DNA of 62,562 nucleotides, the filler included, from Chiloscyllium plagiosum (taxonomy: Eukaryota): the NCBI RefSeq assembly GCF_004010195.1. It is 4 parts of one record of this genome, joined end to end, with 100 filler letters (N's around TTAATTAATTAA, not from the genome) between each part and the next. Parts side by side here need not be neighbours in the genome. Positions count along the whole stretch, not along the records: positions 25,331 to 52,157 come from NC_057713.1; 3 more parts are not named here. One strand, 5' to 3'. The first letter of the stretch is position 1, and every line of letters begins with the position of its first letter. The notes beneath the pieces are model-generated. The model did not search any database. It saw nothing but the letters and a program-made list of their open reading frames with translations, and was not told the origin of the DNA. Below, piece after piece: positions 35,971 through 48,009 of the stretch. The position numbers and the translations under genes were made by a program.

Positions 35971-38799
35971 AAAATATTAAGTTACTTTTGTTTTATTACC
36001 ATCTTTCCCTACCTGAAAGTGTGAATGATTGCTGGGCTCCAGAAGGAAATGGCTGAAATGTTCGCAACCCTGTGGAGAGAGACTTTGAGGGAGGTGTGGG
36101 TACAAAAAGCCTAGAAAAGTGACACGATTTAGAGACATTGGACAGGTCAAGAAAGGTGGTGGATGTTGTCTGTGCACATTGTGTTTACAGATTGTTGAGG
36201 GGAGATGCATGTGGATGAGATAGATAAGATGTGTTCGAGTAACTTTCACAACCTCTGAAAATCCTAAAGAACTTTGCACCCAATTAAGTGCTTAGAGCAA
36301 TGATTGATGCAACATACAGAAACACAACAGGCAATTTGCAGACAATGAGATCCCACAAGCAGGCAAATGAGCAGGTATTGTTGGTTCTGGTATAATCCAC
36401 GTTTCTTCAATGAGAATTGGCTATAATGCGATTGCAGAATTTAGACCATTATTTGTAGATTGTGAAATTTCCTTACCTGTATTAGGTATAACACAATTCT
36501 GGTCCTATTAGTTTAAATTGTGCTACTGCTATGCAATTTTCTTAAAATGCGGGATTGCTCAGCAATGGAACTATCGCATTATATCAGAACAGACTGCATG
36601 TTGGATGAGAGATGTTGATTGAGGGATAAATCTTGATGCTGGGCAGCAGAAAGACTTTCCTGTTCCACTTCAAAGTGCCACTGGATGTTTTAATGTCTAC
36701 CTGTGGAGGAAGATGGGGCATTTGATTTAACGTTCCATTTGAAAGTTGTCACTTTGCTGTGGTGGCAACCTCATTATGTGCTTATGCTATTGAATAACAC
36801 TTGAACCCTTGGACCTCTTGAATTGACAATACTACTATTGAGCCAAGACTGAAAACAAAAATGAATTGAATCTTGGACTGCCCTGGAAAATCTGGCTCAC
36901 TTGTACATTGATCATCCATTTATGACAGAGTAAGAGATAGTTCAGTGCATCTTAGTTCCTGCAAATTCTCTGTCAACGAAGCATCCGTTTGCTTAAATAA
37001 TTCCATCTGGATGTCCATTCCATGTATTAATCACTTTTTCTGTTGCTAATCTTTTGGGTTGTCTGTTTCTGGTTTGATACTTTTCATTTGACTTACTCCC
37101 CCAATTTAATTTGAAATTGCTGACTAATTTGATCTCTTCCATTCCATTAAGAAACTATCTGATCTGAATGAGATCATCTCTTGAAGACCTCCTTTCCAGC
37201 ACAAAATGCCCCATTTTCTCCAGTTTTTAATTGCTGTAAGACAGATCTCCGGCACTTCTCTTGCATTATCTCTTTTGTCTCAATAACAAGAACTGAACAT
37301 ATTACTTAAGCCGACCAGAGGTAATGGGCCCAATTTCCATGGAGAAGACTCTGCAAACCTTTTAGAAATAGCTAGCTGGAGCCAGATATGCAAATCTTGC
37401 CCCTATTTTTGACCCCATTTTTTTGCAAATTGGAGGAAGGGAGCAGGGTACCCTTCACAAAGGAGGGAAACCAAACTCAGCAGGGCCAACTGAATTAACA
37501 AATCTCATTTTGGCTTTTGCAAAGGCCTTAACTTGCTAGGTTGAAGTCACAAATAGCCTCAGTAGCCAAAGTCAGGTCTCTGACTTCTTTCAGTTAGTAT
37601 TTTACTGCCTTGGTTGTATAATTCAGCATGTTTTGATGATTGATGCCCTGCATTGATTGAGTGCAGAGTCTAGAAAGAGTCCTACCCGATTCTTAATTCA
37701 TGAGGTGCTTGATATTGCTTTCCTCCTATGTGTAGTCCTTTTCATTCTCTATATTAACTTTGATCATCCATTGCTCTACCTGCTTCAATATTTTACACAA
37801 CTCTGTGTGATTTCTGAATTTCTATCTCCAATTTGGTATCATCTCCACATTTTGGCCATTTGTATCGAGTTTCTAAATCCAAATCATTTCCATAAATTAC
37901 AAAACATTTTGGTCTCAACAGTGATTCCAAAGGCGCACCCAGTTTGCTGCAACTCCGATAAACAAACATTTTTCAGTCGTTTCTGATCTACACTCAGAAT
38001 TTGCCAATAAGTCTGTTATTAACATGGGATTGCCATCTATCTCTGAAGACTTCTATGTTTTGAGCCATGTTAGCTGATACTGGTCATTAATTTTGTGTAG
38101 ATATATTTTCAAATCAACCTGTTCAGAGATGTTATTACACACCCCTGGGCAGAGGGTCCGAGTTCAAGTCCCACCTGCTCCAGAGGTAGCGACAGTTAAT
38201 TTTATGAACATTATCAATGTTAGTGAAAGGAATGTTATTCATGCCTTTCCGTGTGTATACTTGGAAGAAGTTAATCATTAACAATGTTTATTATCTTCTG
38301 CCCATTACTGATCCTGCCACAAAGTTGTCCTTGACCTACAATGACTCCTAGCTGATTAGCGTGTTAAGTGCAATTCTCTGCCTTCCTTTTCAATGTCCTC
38401 TAGCTCTGTAACCACCACTAATTGCCACCTCTCCCCAACAGATTCTCTGGACTTCTTGTATTTCCTTACCCCACCCTCAACCTTCAACCTGATATTTGAA
38501 ACTTTACCTGCGCGTTCTGAAACACCTCTATGCTTTCCTCTCTGACTTGAAGATCCTCTTTAAAATCAACTCTTTGGAGAAGCTTTAGGTTGCCATGATG
38601 CCTTTTCTGCAGTTCTTTGGTTCTCTTCTACATGCTGCCTTTATTATTGAAATAACACCAAAGAATCTATTAATTTTGCTTTGTAATTAAAGCCACATGT
38701 ATTTCTAGGTCTGTTTTTATTTCTAGGTCTGTTTTTATATGTGCCTCTGGCAGTTTGCATTTGATTTCTACCCTTCCTGTCACAGAAACTGTAACATCC

Positions 38800-38905
38800 C
38801 ACTCGTTACCTGATGAAGGAGCGACACTCTGAAAGCTTGTACTGTACTTCCAAATAAACCTGTTGGACTATAACCTGGTGTTTTGTGATTTTTAACTTTG
38901 TCCAG
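38800..38905 (+). repeat. Short hammerhead-motif repeat (probably Penelope-derived)
   Basis: CTGATGAAGGAGCGACACTCTGAAAGCT...CCAAATAAACCTGTTGGACTATAACCTGGTG; related copies at 31865-31975, 39380-39495 and 60228-60340, all on - strand. Confidence 0.7.
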
Positions 38906-39379
38906 CCCTACTATTTGCAAGGTATAAATGAACTAATGCAACCTGCATCTGGATTGGCTGGTTGGTTGTCTGTTCTATTGAACCATGAAAGGTTTTAATG
39001 TTTTGTTTTGAACTCGCTTCTCCTTCCTCCATCTTGTTGGGCCCTGGCCTGTGGTGATGAACATTCCTCAGTGGCCAGTCATAGATACTTCCATTGCAGC
39101 CAGCTTGATAACAAGTTGGGGCAGCAAGCTACCCTAATTTAATTTCTCTCCCTCAAAACCAAGAAATTTTGGGTATTCTAGGGAACACCTAAGACATTGT
39201 AGGTGGGATCATCTAATTTAGCACTGATCAAGAATAAAAATTAAAACCAATTAAGTCTCTGTGAGTCATTTACTGACATCCTATTTGACTGAGCTATCAG
39301 GAGGCTCAGTACTATGTGTTTTAGTTACTGGTTTCTGTATATATCAGTGGCTGGGCACATACTGATTTTAATCTGACTT

Positions 39380-39495
39380 GGAGGTGCCAGGGCTGGACTG
39401 GGGTGGACAAGGTTAAAAGTCACACAACACCAGGTTATAGTCCAACAGATTTATTTAAAAGGTTTTAGAGCGCCACTCTTTCATCAGGTGGTTGT
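39380..39495 (-). repeat. Same short repeat family, inverted relative to the 38800 copy
   Basis: CACACAACACCAGGTTATAGTCCAACAGATTTATT...TTCATCAGG. Confidence 0.7.
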
Positions 39496-40839
39496 GGAGG
39501 TTAATTTGGTTGACTGCTTAGTTTGTGGATAACCTGACTTGATAAGACCACAATATAATGAAGCACTGTCTCCCAGAGATGGTGAGAATTTGTTTGTGTC
39601 CTCTGCAGGCCGACCAAAAACAATGTGAAGAAGCGTTTTGCCACACTTCAGTTTCTGTGCAGTAAAAGCTGATGGAGAAGAAACAAAACATCTCCTACTT
39701 CGGTCAGCTCTGGAACATGATCCCTTATATCTGGTCTGCAATCAGCTTTCCGCAATAGTGCAAATGGGGCTTCTGATGGTTATATTTGTTCATGTTTATC
39801 TTGCACTGGGGAAGCATCAAAGCAAATGCATCCAGGAAGTTGTGGTCCTCAGGAATTGTTAACCAGCTTTGCTTGGCTTTGTTCAAGGTTAACGGGACCT
39901 TTCCTGATATAATCAGCTAACATACTGCCAGCTAGGAGCAAGCTGCTTTGTTTGATCATGGGCTCACTCAGTCACAGCTCATTTGTATTAGCCCACTCAG
40001 GTGTAGTTATCAGCTTTGTGTTTTGTTTTAAAGTTCCAATTTTATGCTCAGCTCTTAGTGTAAAATACATTCACTTGAGCAGGGTTTTTAATTGTTGACT
40101 TAGATTTTCTAAAGTAACATGCAGTCTCCAATGAATTAGTGACTCGACATATATTAAACTGGTCATTGCTATTAGTAGACAAACTTATTGAGTGGGATAT
40201 GCAGAGCAACTTGTTTTGATAAATATGATTCTCCCACATACTAGCAGAAATTAGTGATAGAATATTTTAATATACTTGGCAATCCCTTATCCTTTAAATT
40301 ATGTCCAGTTGATGACTTGCTGGTCATTTAATATAATTACCAAAAACAAATCACCCAAATCCTGGCTGAGGCCAACTCCAATAGATTTCCACTTTCTTTT
40401 AACAGCTGACAGCGGTTTGAAAGTGGAATTAGGCTGGCACTTACAGAATTGGCCACCTTCCATGGTATAAGTCACCCAATAATATGCAAAATTGTCAAAC
40501 TATTGCAAATTGTCAATAGAATTATTCTTCTGAATACATACATCTTCAACTTGTTTATGTACAAGAGATCATAATATCTTAAGGAAGCAAAGTAGGGCCT
40601 TTTCTAAATAAAGGCATATTCTGATGTGTACTATGAAATAGTGCTAGGCTGGCTCAGTGGCAGCGCGTTCATTTCTGAATGAAACCATCTCAGTTACTCT
40701 GATCAAAGTTCATCATATTGTTTTTTTTGGAAATGTCGGTTCTAAAGCAGAGGAAATACTGGATTTCGCTTTTTGTTCTGCAAGACTCTGCCCTGGTGTT
40801 TTACTGTCATTTTGTGTTAAAAAGCATATACAAGAAATC

Positions 40840-42310
40840 CATAAGAGCATAAAATGTCAGAGCCTAAGTAGGCCATTCAGCCCATCGTGTCTGCTCCACC
40901 ATTCAATGAGATCATGGCTGATCTGATAATCCTCAACTTCACTAATCTGCCTTTTTCCCCATAACCCTTGACTCCCTTACTGATTAAAAATCTGCTGATC
41001 TCAGCCTTGAATATCTTAACAACCCAGCCTCAACAAGCCCTGTGGTAAACAATTTCACAGACTCACTGCTGTCTGAGAGAAAGAATTTCTCCTTATCTCT
41101 GTCTTAAATGTGGGATCCCTTTATTCTGAGATTAAGCTCTGTGGTTATGGACTCACCACAAGGGGAAACAACCTTTCCACATTTACCCTTTCAAGTCCTT
41201 TAAGAATCTTCTTCCATTAAAATCCTAGGATGCATCCACATGAGGTCCAGGGGACTTCAGTCTTTAGCCCCTTTAGTTTCCCTAGCACATTTTCTCTAGA
41301 GATACTATCATATTTATTAACTTTCCTCCTTTTGACTCTTGAATATTTAATGATTTTGATTATTATCATAGAATCCTTACAGAATGGAAACAGGCCGTTT
41401 GACCCAACAAGTCCACAGTGACCCTCCGAAGAGTATCCCACCCATACTGATTACCTTACCCTAATACTCTACATTTCCCTGACTAATGCACCTAACCTAG
41501 ACATCCCTAAACACTATGGGCAATTTAGCATGGCCAAATCACCTAACCTGCACATCTTTGGACTGTGGGGAGAAACCGGAGCAGCCAAAGGAAACCCATG
41601 CAGATGCAGGGAGAATGTGCAAACTCCACACAGACAGTTGCCCGAGGCTGGGGTTGAACCAGGATCCCTGGCGCTGTGAGGCAGCTGTGCTAACCACTGA
41701 GTCACCATGCCATGGCTTTTTGAAAGCCAGTTATGTCATCTATTGTGAAATCTGATATAAAGTACTTATTCAATTCTTGTGCCATTTCCTGGTTCCCCAT
41801 TATTATTTCTCCAGCCTCATTTTCTAAGGGGCGGATGGCCACTTTGGCTTCTCCCTTCCCTTTTACATGTTTAAACAAGCTCTAGCTGTCTTGCAAATTA
41901 GTTCTCATAGTCCTTCCTCTTTATTGTTTTTTTTTGGTTGTCTTATGTTAGTTTTTAAAGTTTTCTCAATTTCTGGCTTACCACTAAGTTTAGCCACATT
42001 GTATGTTTTTCTTTCAATTTGATGCTATCATTAATTTGCCTGGTTAACCGTGTTTGGCTAATCCCCTTCCTAGAATTCTTCTTCATTGCTGTGAACCATG
42101 AACTATTTTCTTAAACATTTTCAAATGTTCCTCAACTAGCTTTTCCTGCTAAAGCCTTTCCTCGTGTAGTCCAGCCAGTTCTTCTCTTGTTTCTTTGTAG
42201 TGTCCTTTATTTAGGCTTAGTACAGTTGCTTTTGGCCCAAGATCCTCCCTCTCAACTGAATGCTAAATGTGACCACGTTATAATCATCGTTTCCTTGGGG
42301 ATCTTTTACG
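40840..42310 (-). mobile_element. Old CR1 LINE fragments
   Basis: Tail AGGCCATTCAGCCCATCG...ATGAGATCATGGCTGATCTG; ISRENVLGKLKGLK. Confidence 0.7.
41365..41713 (-). mobile_element. HE1-type SINE nested in old CR1
   Basis: High similarity to 33620-33940. Confidence 0.88.
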
Positions 42311-42624
42311 CTGAAATGTCATTTCAAAGCCTCCTTTGAAAATAATTGATAAAGCTTTGGCTGACTTGAATTTTAAAACCGAGAGAGGGGACAAGAGAAA
42401 GGTTCATTCAGAGAAAAGAGGTCCATTACAACAGAATTGGTGTCAGTAGCAGTCTCCAAGCAGTCAGGACTGGGATAAATTTCTGAGAAAGGCTCAAAAG
42501 CAGAAAGCTGTGGAGTTGTCAGAAGGGAATTTATCCAACAAGGCTGTTGAAGACATGAGTTTAAGGAATCTATATTCAGTAATAAATGAACTAAGTTGGC
42601 AGCTGGTTTTCAGTTTCCTTTCCG

Positions 42625-43030
42625 ATGGACATCACTTGTTGAGCTAGCATTTATTGTCCATCACTAGTTGCTTTTGAGAAGTTAGTGGTGAACTACCTTC
42701 TTTAACTGCTGCAGTTCAGACAGCTGTAGATGGACCACCAATGCTGTTAGGGAGGAACGTACAGGATTTTGATCCATCAAAACTGAAGGAATGGTGTTAT
42801 ATTACCAAGTCAGGATATTGAATGGCTTGAAGGGGGACTTGCAGGTGGTGATGTCCCCATGTATCTGCTGCCCTTTATTTTTCCAGATGACAGTGGGTCG
42901 TGAGCTTGGAAGATGCTGACTAAGGAGCTTTAGTGGGATTCTGCAGTGTGCATCTTGTAGATGGTGCACACTACTGCTACTGAACATCAGTGGTTGGCAG
43001 GGTGAATGTTTGTGGATGTGGAGCCAATTA
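42625..43030 (-). mobile_element. 3' end of a CR1/L2-group LINE (family of 52880-54020)
   Basis: Shares CTACAAGATGCAC...GCAGAA with 53940-53960. Confidence 0.6.
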
Positions 43031-43606
43031 AGTATTCTCAAGGAGATACATTAGCTAAAGAAAATAGAATCGAGTAATTGTATAGAAATTTGTCAAAAGG
43101 GAAACGGATTACATTTGTGCCAGGTGAGCAACAAGCTTCAGCACAAAGTTCGAGGCTTCACTGAGGTTTAAGTGTCTGTAGGGGCTTTGCTGAGATAAAA
43201 GGGATGAATCTTTCTCTCTAATGTTTATAGTGAAATTGCTCCAGTAGTGCCACTATAGTATACACTTTTGTGTAAACATAATTTTTAGCATCTTTTTGTG
43301 CTTTGGCAGCCTATTGGGAATGTGCTCAATGACTGACCCTAATAGTAAGCAAAAAGAGCAATAAAGTATGGTCCATCACGTTCCACTCTGGATTCAGTTA
43401 GTCCAGTATCGTCTTCAGCTAGCCATGGCGGGGGGTGGAGGGGTACAAGTGGGAACAACAAACTGATTTGGATGATCAGCCATGACCATATTAGTGGAGC
43501 AGACTTGAACAACCAAACAGCCTACTCCTCCTGCTTCTTTTTCTATGTTTCTATGTTTTAAAAGTCCGGAAATGCCTGGTCACTAACTTTATCACTTCCT
43601 GGTTTA

Positions 43607-44503
43607 AAATCGGAGGTGTAGTGGACAGCAAAGAAGATTATCTCTGATTACAATGGGATCTTATCAGATGAGCCAACGGGCTGAGAAGTGGCAGATGGAG
43701 TTTAATTCCGATAAATGTGAGGTGCTGCATTTTGGAAAGCAAATCTTAACAGGACTTATACACTTAATGGTAAGGTCCTAGGGAGTGTTGTTGAACAAAG
43801 AGATTTTGGAGTGCAGATTCATAGCTCCTTGAAAATAAAGTCACAGGTAGATAGGATAGTGAAGAAGGCGTTTGGTATGCTTTCTTGGTTAGAGTATTGA
43901 GTACTGGGGTTGGGAGGTCATGTTACGGCTGTACAGGACATTGGTTTGGCCACTTTTGCAATATTGTGTGCAATTCTGGTTTCCTTCCTATCAGAAGGAT
44001 GTTGTGAAACTTGAAAGGGTTCAGAAAAGATTTACAAGGATGTTGCCAGGGTTGGAGGATTTGAGCTATAGGGAGGGGTTGAATAGACTAAGGCTGTTTT
44101 CCCTGGAGCATCGGAGGCTGAGAGGTGATCTTCTAGAGATTTATAAAATCATTAGGGCATGGATAGGGAAAATAGACAAAGTCTTTTTTTCTGGGCTGAT
44201 GGAGTCCAGAACTCAAGGACATAGGTTAGAGTGAGAGGAGAAAGATATAAAAGAGACCTAAGGGGCAACCTTTTCACGCAGAGGGTGGTGCATGTGTGGA
44301 ATGGGCTGCAAGAGGAAGTGGTGGAGGCTGGTGCAATTGCAACATTTAAAAGGCATCTGGATGGGTATATGAATAGGAAGTATTTGGAGGGATATGGGCC
44401 GGATGTTGGCAGGTGGGACAAGATTGGGTTGGGATATGTGTTCGGCATGGACAGGTTGGACTGAAGGGTCTGTTTCCGTGTTGTACATCTCTATGACTCT
44501 ATA
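43607..44503 (+). mobile_element. 5'-truncated CR1 LINE
   Basis: KIGGVVDS...LYRTLVWPLLQYCVQFW...FTQRVVHVWNGL; tail CTATGACTCTAT. Confidence 0.92.
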
Positions 44504-45109
44504 AGTGGTCAACCAGCTGCCAAGAAGCTACTTAAATGTTGTAGTGCAAGGTTTCCCCACAGTGGAGGTCAAGTCCCAAGGTAGAAGCTCGGGCTGAAAT
44601 TTTGGGGTGGTGAGCTGCAAAGTAGCAATGATGGCTCCCATACCCACTGGTTTCATAGATGTCCTCCCCTAACCATCCCTCCAACAAACCATCTCCCATT
44701 GCTAACTGAATTGGGAATTTTTTTAAGCTTCAAACAGGGGAAAAGATTTGCAAAACCCCATCGTAGTGAACATTAGCCTGGTTACCCAGCTCTTGTCAAA
44801 AGCCAACATCTTGAAGGAGATGTGGGGGAGGGTTGGGGATTAAATAAATATCAACAGTTTGTAAACCAGGAGGCACAGGAGTATATCTCGCTGATCCCAG
44901 GTATACTCTTTTCTTTGATGACAATATATTGCCTGATTGCACCCATCTTCCATCCCAAGAACAAGCATTTTCCCCTTCTCCAGGCAATCCTCGCCCAACC
45001 TGGATGGACCCCCTCTTCCATAAGCAACTACAGGTTTTCAACACAAAGGTACAGCCTGCTAAAGCATGTCATGTCTGACTGGATGCTAAGCCTAACATAA
45101 AACTAAAAG

Positions 45110-46830
45110 AAACATTTTACAAAAATTGTGAGATGTAGCACACATTCTGACCAAAGGTAGGAATTCTGGGAAATAAAATGTATGCTGTGGATTTATAAAT
45201 GTAGAGTTTATCGGAAGCGTGTAACAAGGGCAAAGTGATTTTAATTGCAGTTTTATTTTTCATGTAGGTTAGGATAAGCAGATTGTTATATATTGAAAGG
45301 CAATGAGTTTCCTGAAAGAAGTAATATAATAATTTTCTGCAATAATATACTATAGGACCAATGAGGGGAGCATATTAAATTTAGTAATGAGTACTGAACC
45401 AGATTTAATTAACAAGCCTAACAGTATGTAAATATTTATCAAATAATGATCATAATATGGCCAAACTCAGAGTGAACAACAGAAGATTTGTTTGGTGATA
45501 CAGATTCACTCCGATCGGGGACAAGCGCTCTATTTGACAAATTTTAAAATTGCTAACGGCAGCTAAAGAAATAGCAAACAATATAAAGCTAAAAGAAAAA
45601 TCTGACAAAAAGTGCAAGATGTAGCATCGATTCTGACCAAAGGGTGACAAAGATTGACAGAACAGATTGAGAGAGCTGCAAGGAGAGAGGATGAAAAATG
45701 TGGGGTCGGGGAAGTAGAATGTTGGGAATGGGGAAGGGGGAGCTTGAAAACTGGTTATGATTATATTGTGAAAATAAGAAACTAATTAGATATTTTGAAT
45801 AATTGGTTTGTACAATCATTTGAGATAGAGAAATAAGTCAGCATGGCCATGGAAGCTAATGTTGAATCAGGGACAAGGCTGACAAAGATTAATATAAGCT
45901 AAACAATAGTAATGATGAAAATAGACCAGGTGCAGTCCATCTTGGGGTTTTGAAGGATGTAGATAAGAATATCATGGTTACCGTTATTATAAGTTTAAGA
46001 GGCATTCAGGCAGACACATGAACAAGCAGGCAATAGAGGGAGACTGACCATTAATCCTATCTGCAGGCAAATAGGATTAATTTACAATAGCAATATGGTT
46101 GGCACAGACTTTGTGGGCCGAAGGGCCTGTTCCTATGTTGTCCTGTTCTATGTTCTATAGTCTTGTGTGGTTCTCTTGATGTGGGAGTTTTCCTTGATTT
46201 TGAAAAATTTTGTCTGTGCTTTAAGGAACATGAGAGAAAGAAAAAAACACAGGATTTGGAGAACAGTGAGCCTAAGATCTGTTGTCAGGTATAACTAGAA
46301 TTTAGCATTAAAGATGGGGTGGCTGGTCACCTTGAAGATGTTGAGATGATCAGGGACAGAATCAGTACTCCTTGTTAAATCTAATTTATAAAGTGCAGAT
46401 AAAGCTTAATGAGATTTATTTTTGCAGATGTGATAAAGGTAGTGGACAGGCTATGGCTATGGATGTTATTTGTAGTCTTCCGAAGAGGTTTGCTAAGGTG
46501 TCTCATTAAAAGACTATTGGTTGATGATGAAGTTGCCTGCTTAGAAAACTGTTGGAGTGGCAGGAGATGGTGAGTGTGGGTAATGAGCGGGGTACTCCAG
46601 TTACTGGGATGAAATGAAGGGCCTGCTGCAAGCATCAGTGCTAAGGTCTCAAACCTTCATCTATTTCATCAGAACTTGGATGTTTGGACAACAAGTCACA
46701 ACAATACGTGACATTGTAAGCAATACAGGTATCAAACTATGGTGAGAACTTGATAGATTGTCAATTTTCAAAATTGTGACATATGGATTTTAATGTAGAC
46801 CAGCCACTTTGGATGATACTGTTCAGTGTA
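45110..46830 (+). mobile_element. Very old CR1 remnants with a younger CR1 tail inserted (about 45990-46158)
   Basis: Decayed endonuclease/RT-like motifs; GGGCCGAAGGGCCTGTT...CTATGTTCTAT tail. Confidence 0.5.
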
Positions 46831-46865
46831 GCTTCTAAATGTTGAAAAGCAAGAAAGAATCTGGA

Positions 46866-47915
46866 TGTAGGTTCATTTTCAGACGTTTCATCACCATACT
46901 AGGTAACATCTTCAGTGAGCCTCTGGACGAAGCACTGCTTGTGTTTCCTGCTTTCTGTTTATATATTTGGGTTGGGGATGTCATTTCCTGTGGTGATGTC
47001 ATTTCATATGGCGATGTCATTTCTGGGTTTTTTTCCTCAGTAATGGTAAATGGGATCCAAGTCAATGTGTTTGTTGATAGAGTTCTGGTTGGAATGCCAT
47101 GCTTGTAGGAATTCTCGTGCATGTCTCTGTTTGGCTTGTCCTAGGATGGATGTGTTGTCCCAGTCGAAGTGGTGTCTTTCCTTACCTATATGTAAGGATA
47201 CTAGTGAGAGAGGGTCATGTTATTTTGTGGCTAGTTGATGTTCATGTATCCTGGTGGCTCGTTTTCTGCCTGTTTATCCAATGTAGTGTTTGTTACAGTT
47301 CTTGCAAGGTATTTCATAAATGACATTAGTTTTGCTTGTTGTCTTTCAAGTTCATTAGCTGCTGTTTTAGTGCGTTGGTGGGTTTGTGGGCTACTGTGCT
47401 GCCAAGGGGTCTGAGTAATCTGGCAGTCATTTCCATGATGTCTTTGATTTAGGGAGAGTGGCTAGGGTTTCTGGATGCATTTTGTTTGCTTGTTTGGATT
47501 TATTGCTGAGAAATTGCGGATTGGGTACATTTTTGAATACACTGTATAGATGATTTCCCTCTGCTCTGTGTAGTTCCTCTGTGCTGAAATAATGTTCTAG
47601 TGCAGCTTCATTTGTGGATGTTGGGATGATTGCTTCTGTAGTTCAATATTTGGTCCATTTGTGTTGTTTTCCTGTAGACGCTGGTTTGAAGTTGCCCGTT
47701 GGCTGTTCGCTGTACTGCAACATCAGGAATGGCAGTGTGTTGTTGTTTTCCTCCTCTTTAGTGAATTTTATGCCAGTAAGGGTATTATTGATGGTCTTGA
47801 AGGTTTCCTCTAATTTGTTTTGTTTAGTGATGACAAAGGTAGCGGACCCAAAGTTTGGGTTGGATGGTTGGCAGAACTGTTTGTTTGCGTTTTTGCATTA
47901 CTATCTCTGCTACTT
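46866..47915 (-). mobile_element. Penelope-like element 3' part (RT end, GIY-YIG, terminal repeat)
   Basis: Related to the element at 1-1240 (GGACAAGCCAAACAGAGA...GAATTCCTA); three short tandem GATGTCATTTC repeats at 46977-47023. Confidence 0.82.
46879..46918 (-). ncRNA. Minimal type I hammerhead ribozyme motif (PLE-associated)
   Basis: - strand: TCA-CTGAAGA-T-GTTACC-TAGTAT-GGTGAT-GAAAC-GTC-TGA. Intact CUGANGA and GAAA core, stem II, palindromic ACGT stem III, GUC cleavage triplet, TCA/TGA stem I. Confidence 0.7.
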
Positions 47916-48009
47916 CTCAAAACTCGCTAAGCAAGAAAGAATTGAAGTCCAACAATGTGGGTGTCTAAATACATACATAATCAAAAAGCCATTGACAGAC
48001 ACCGAGAAA

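Noticed and set aside
37657..37986. VLDIA peptide matching the end of the preceding GRHL2 exon
   Set aside because: The upstream WHSRQHTAKQR context and a splice donor are both missing; coincidental.
46977..47023. Short spaced direct repeats resembling a CRISPR array
   Set aside because: Three 11-bp repeats with spacers of about 7 bp inside a Penelope 3' region in vertebrate DNA; no cas genes.
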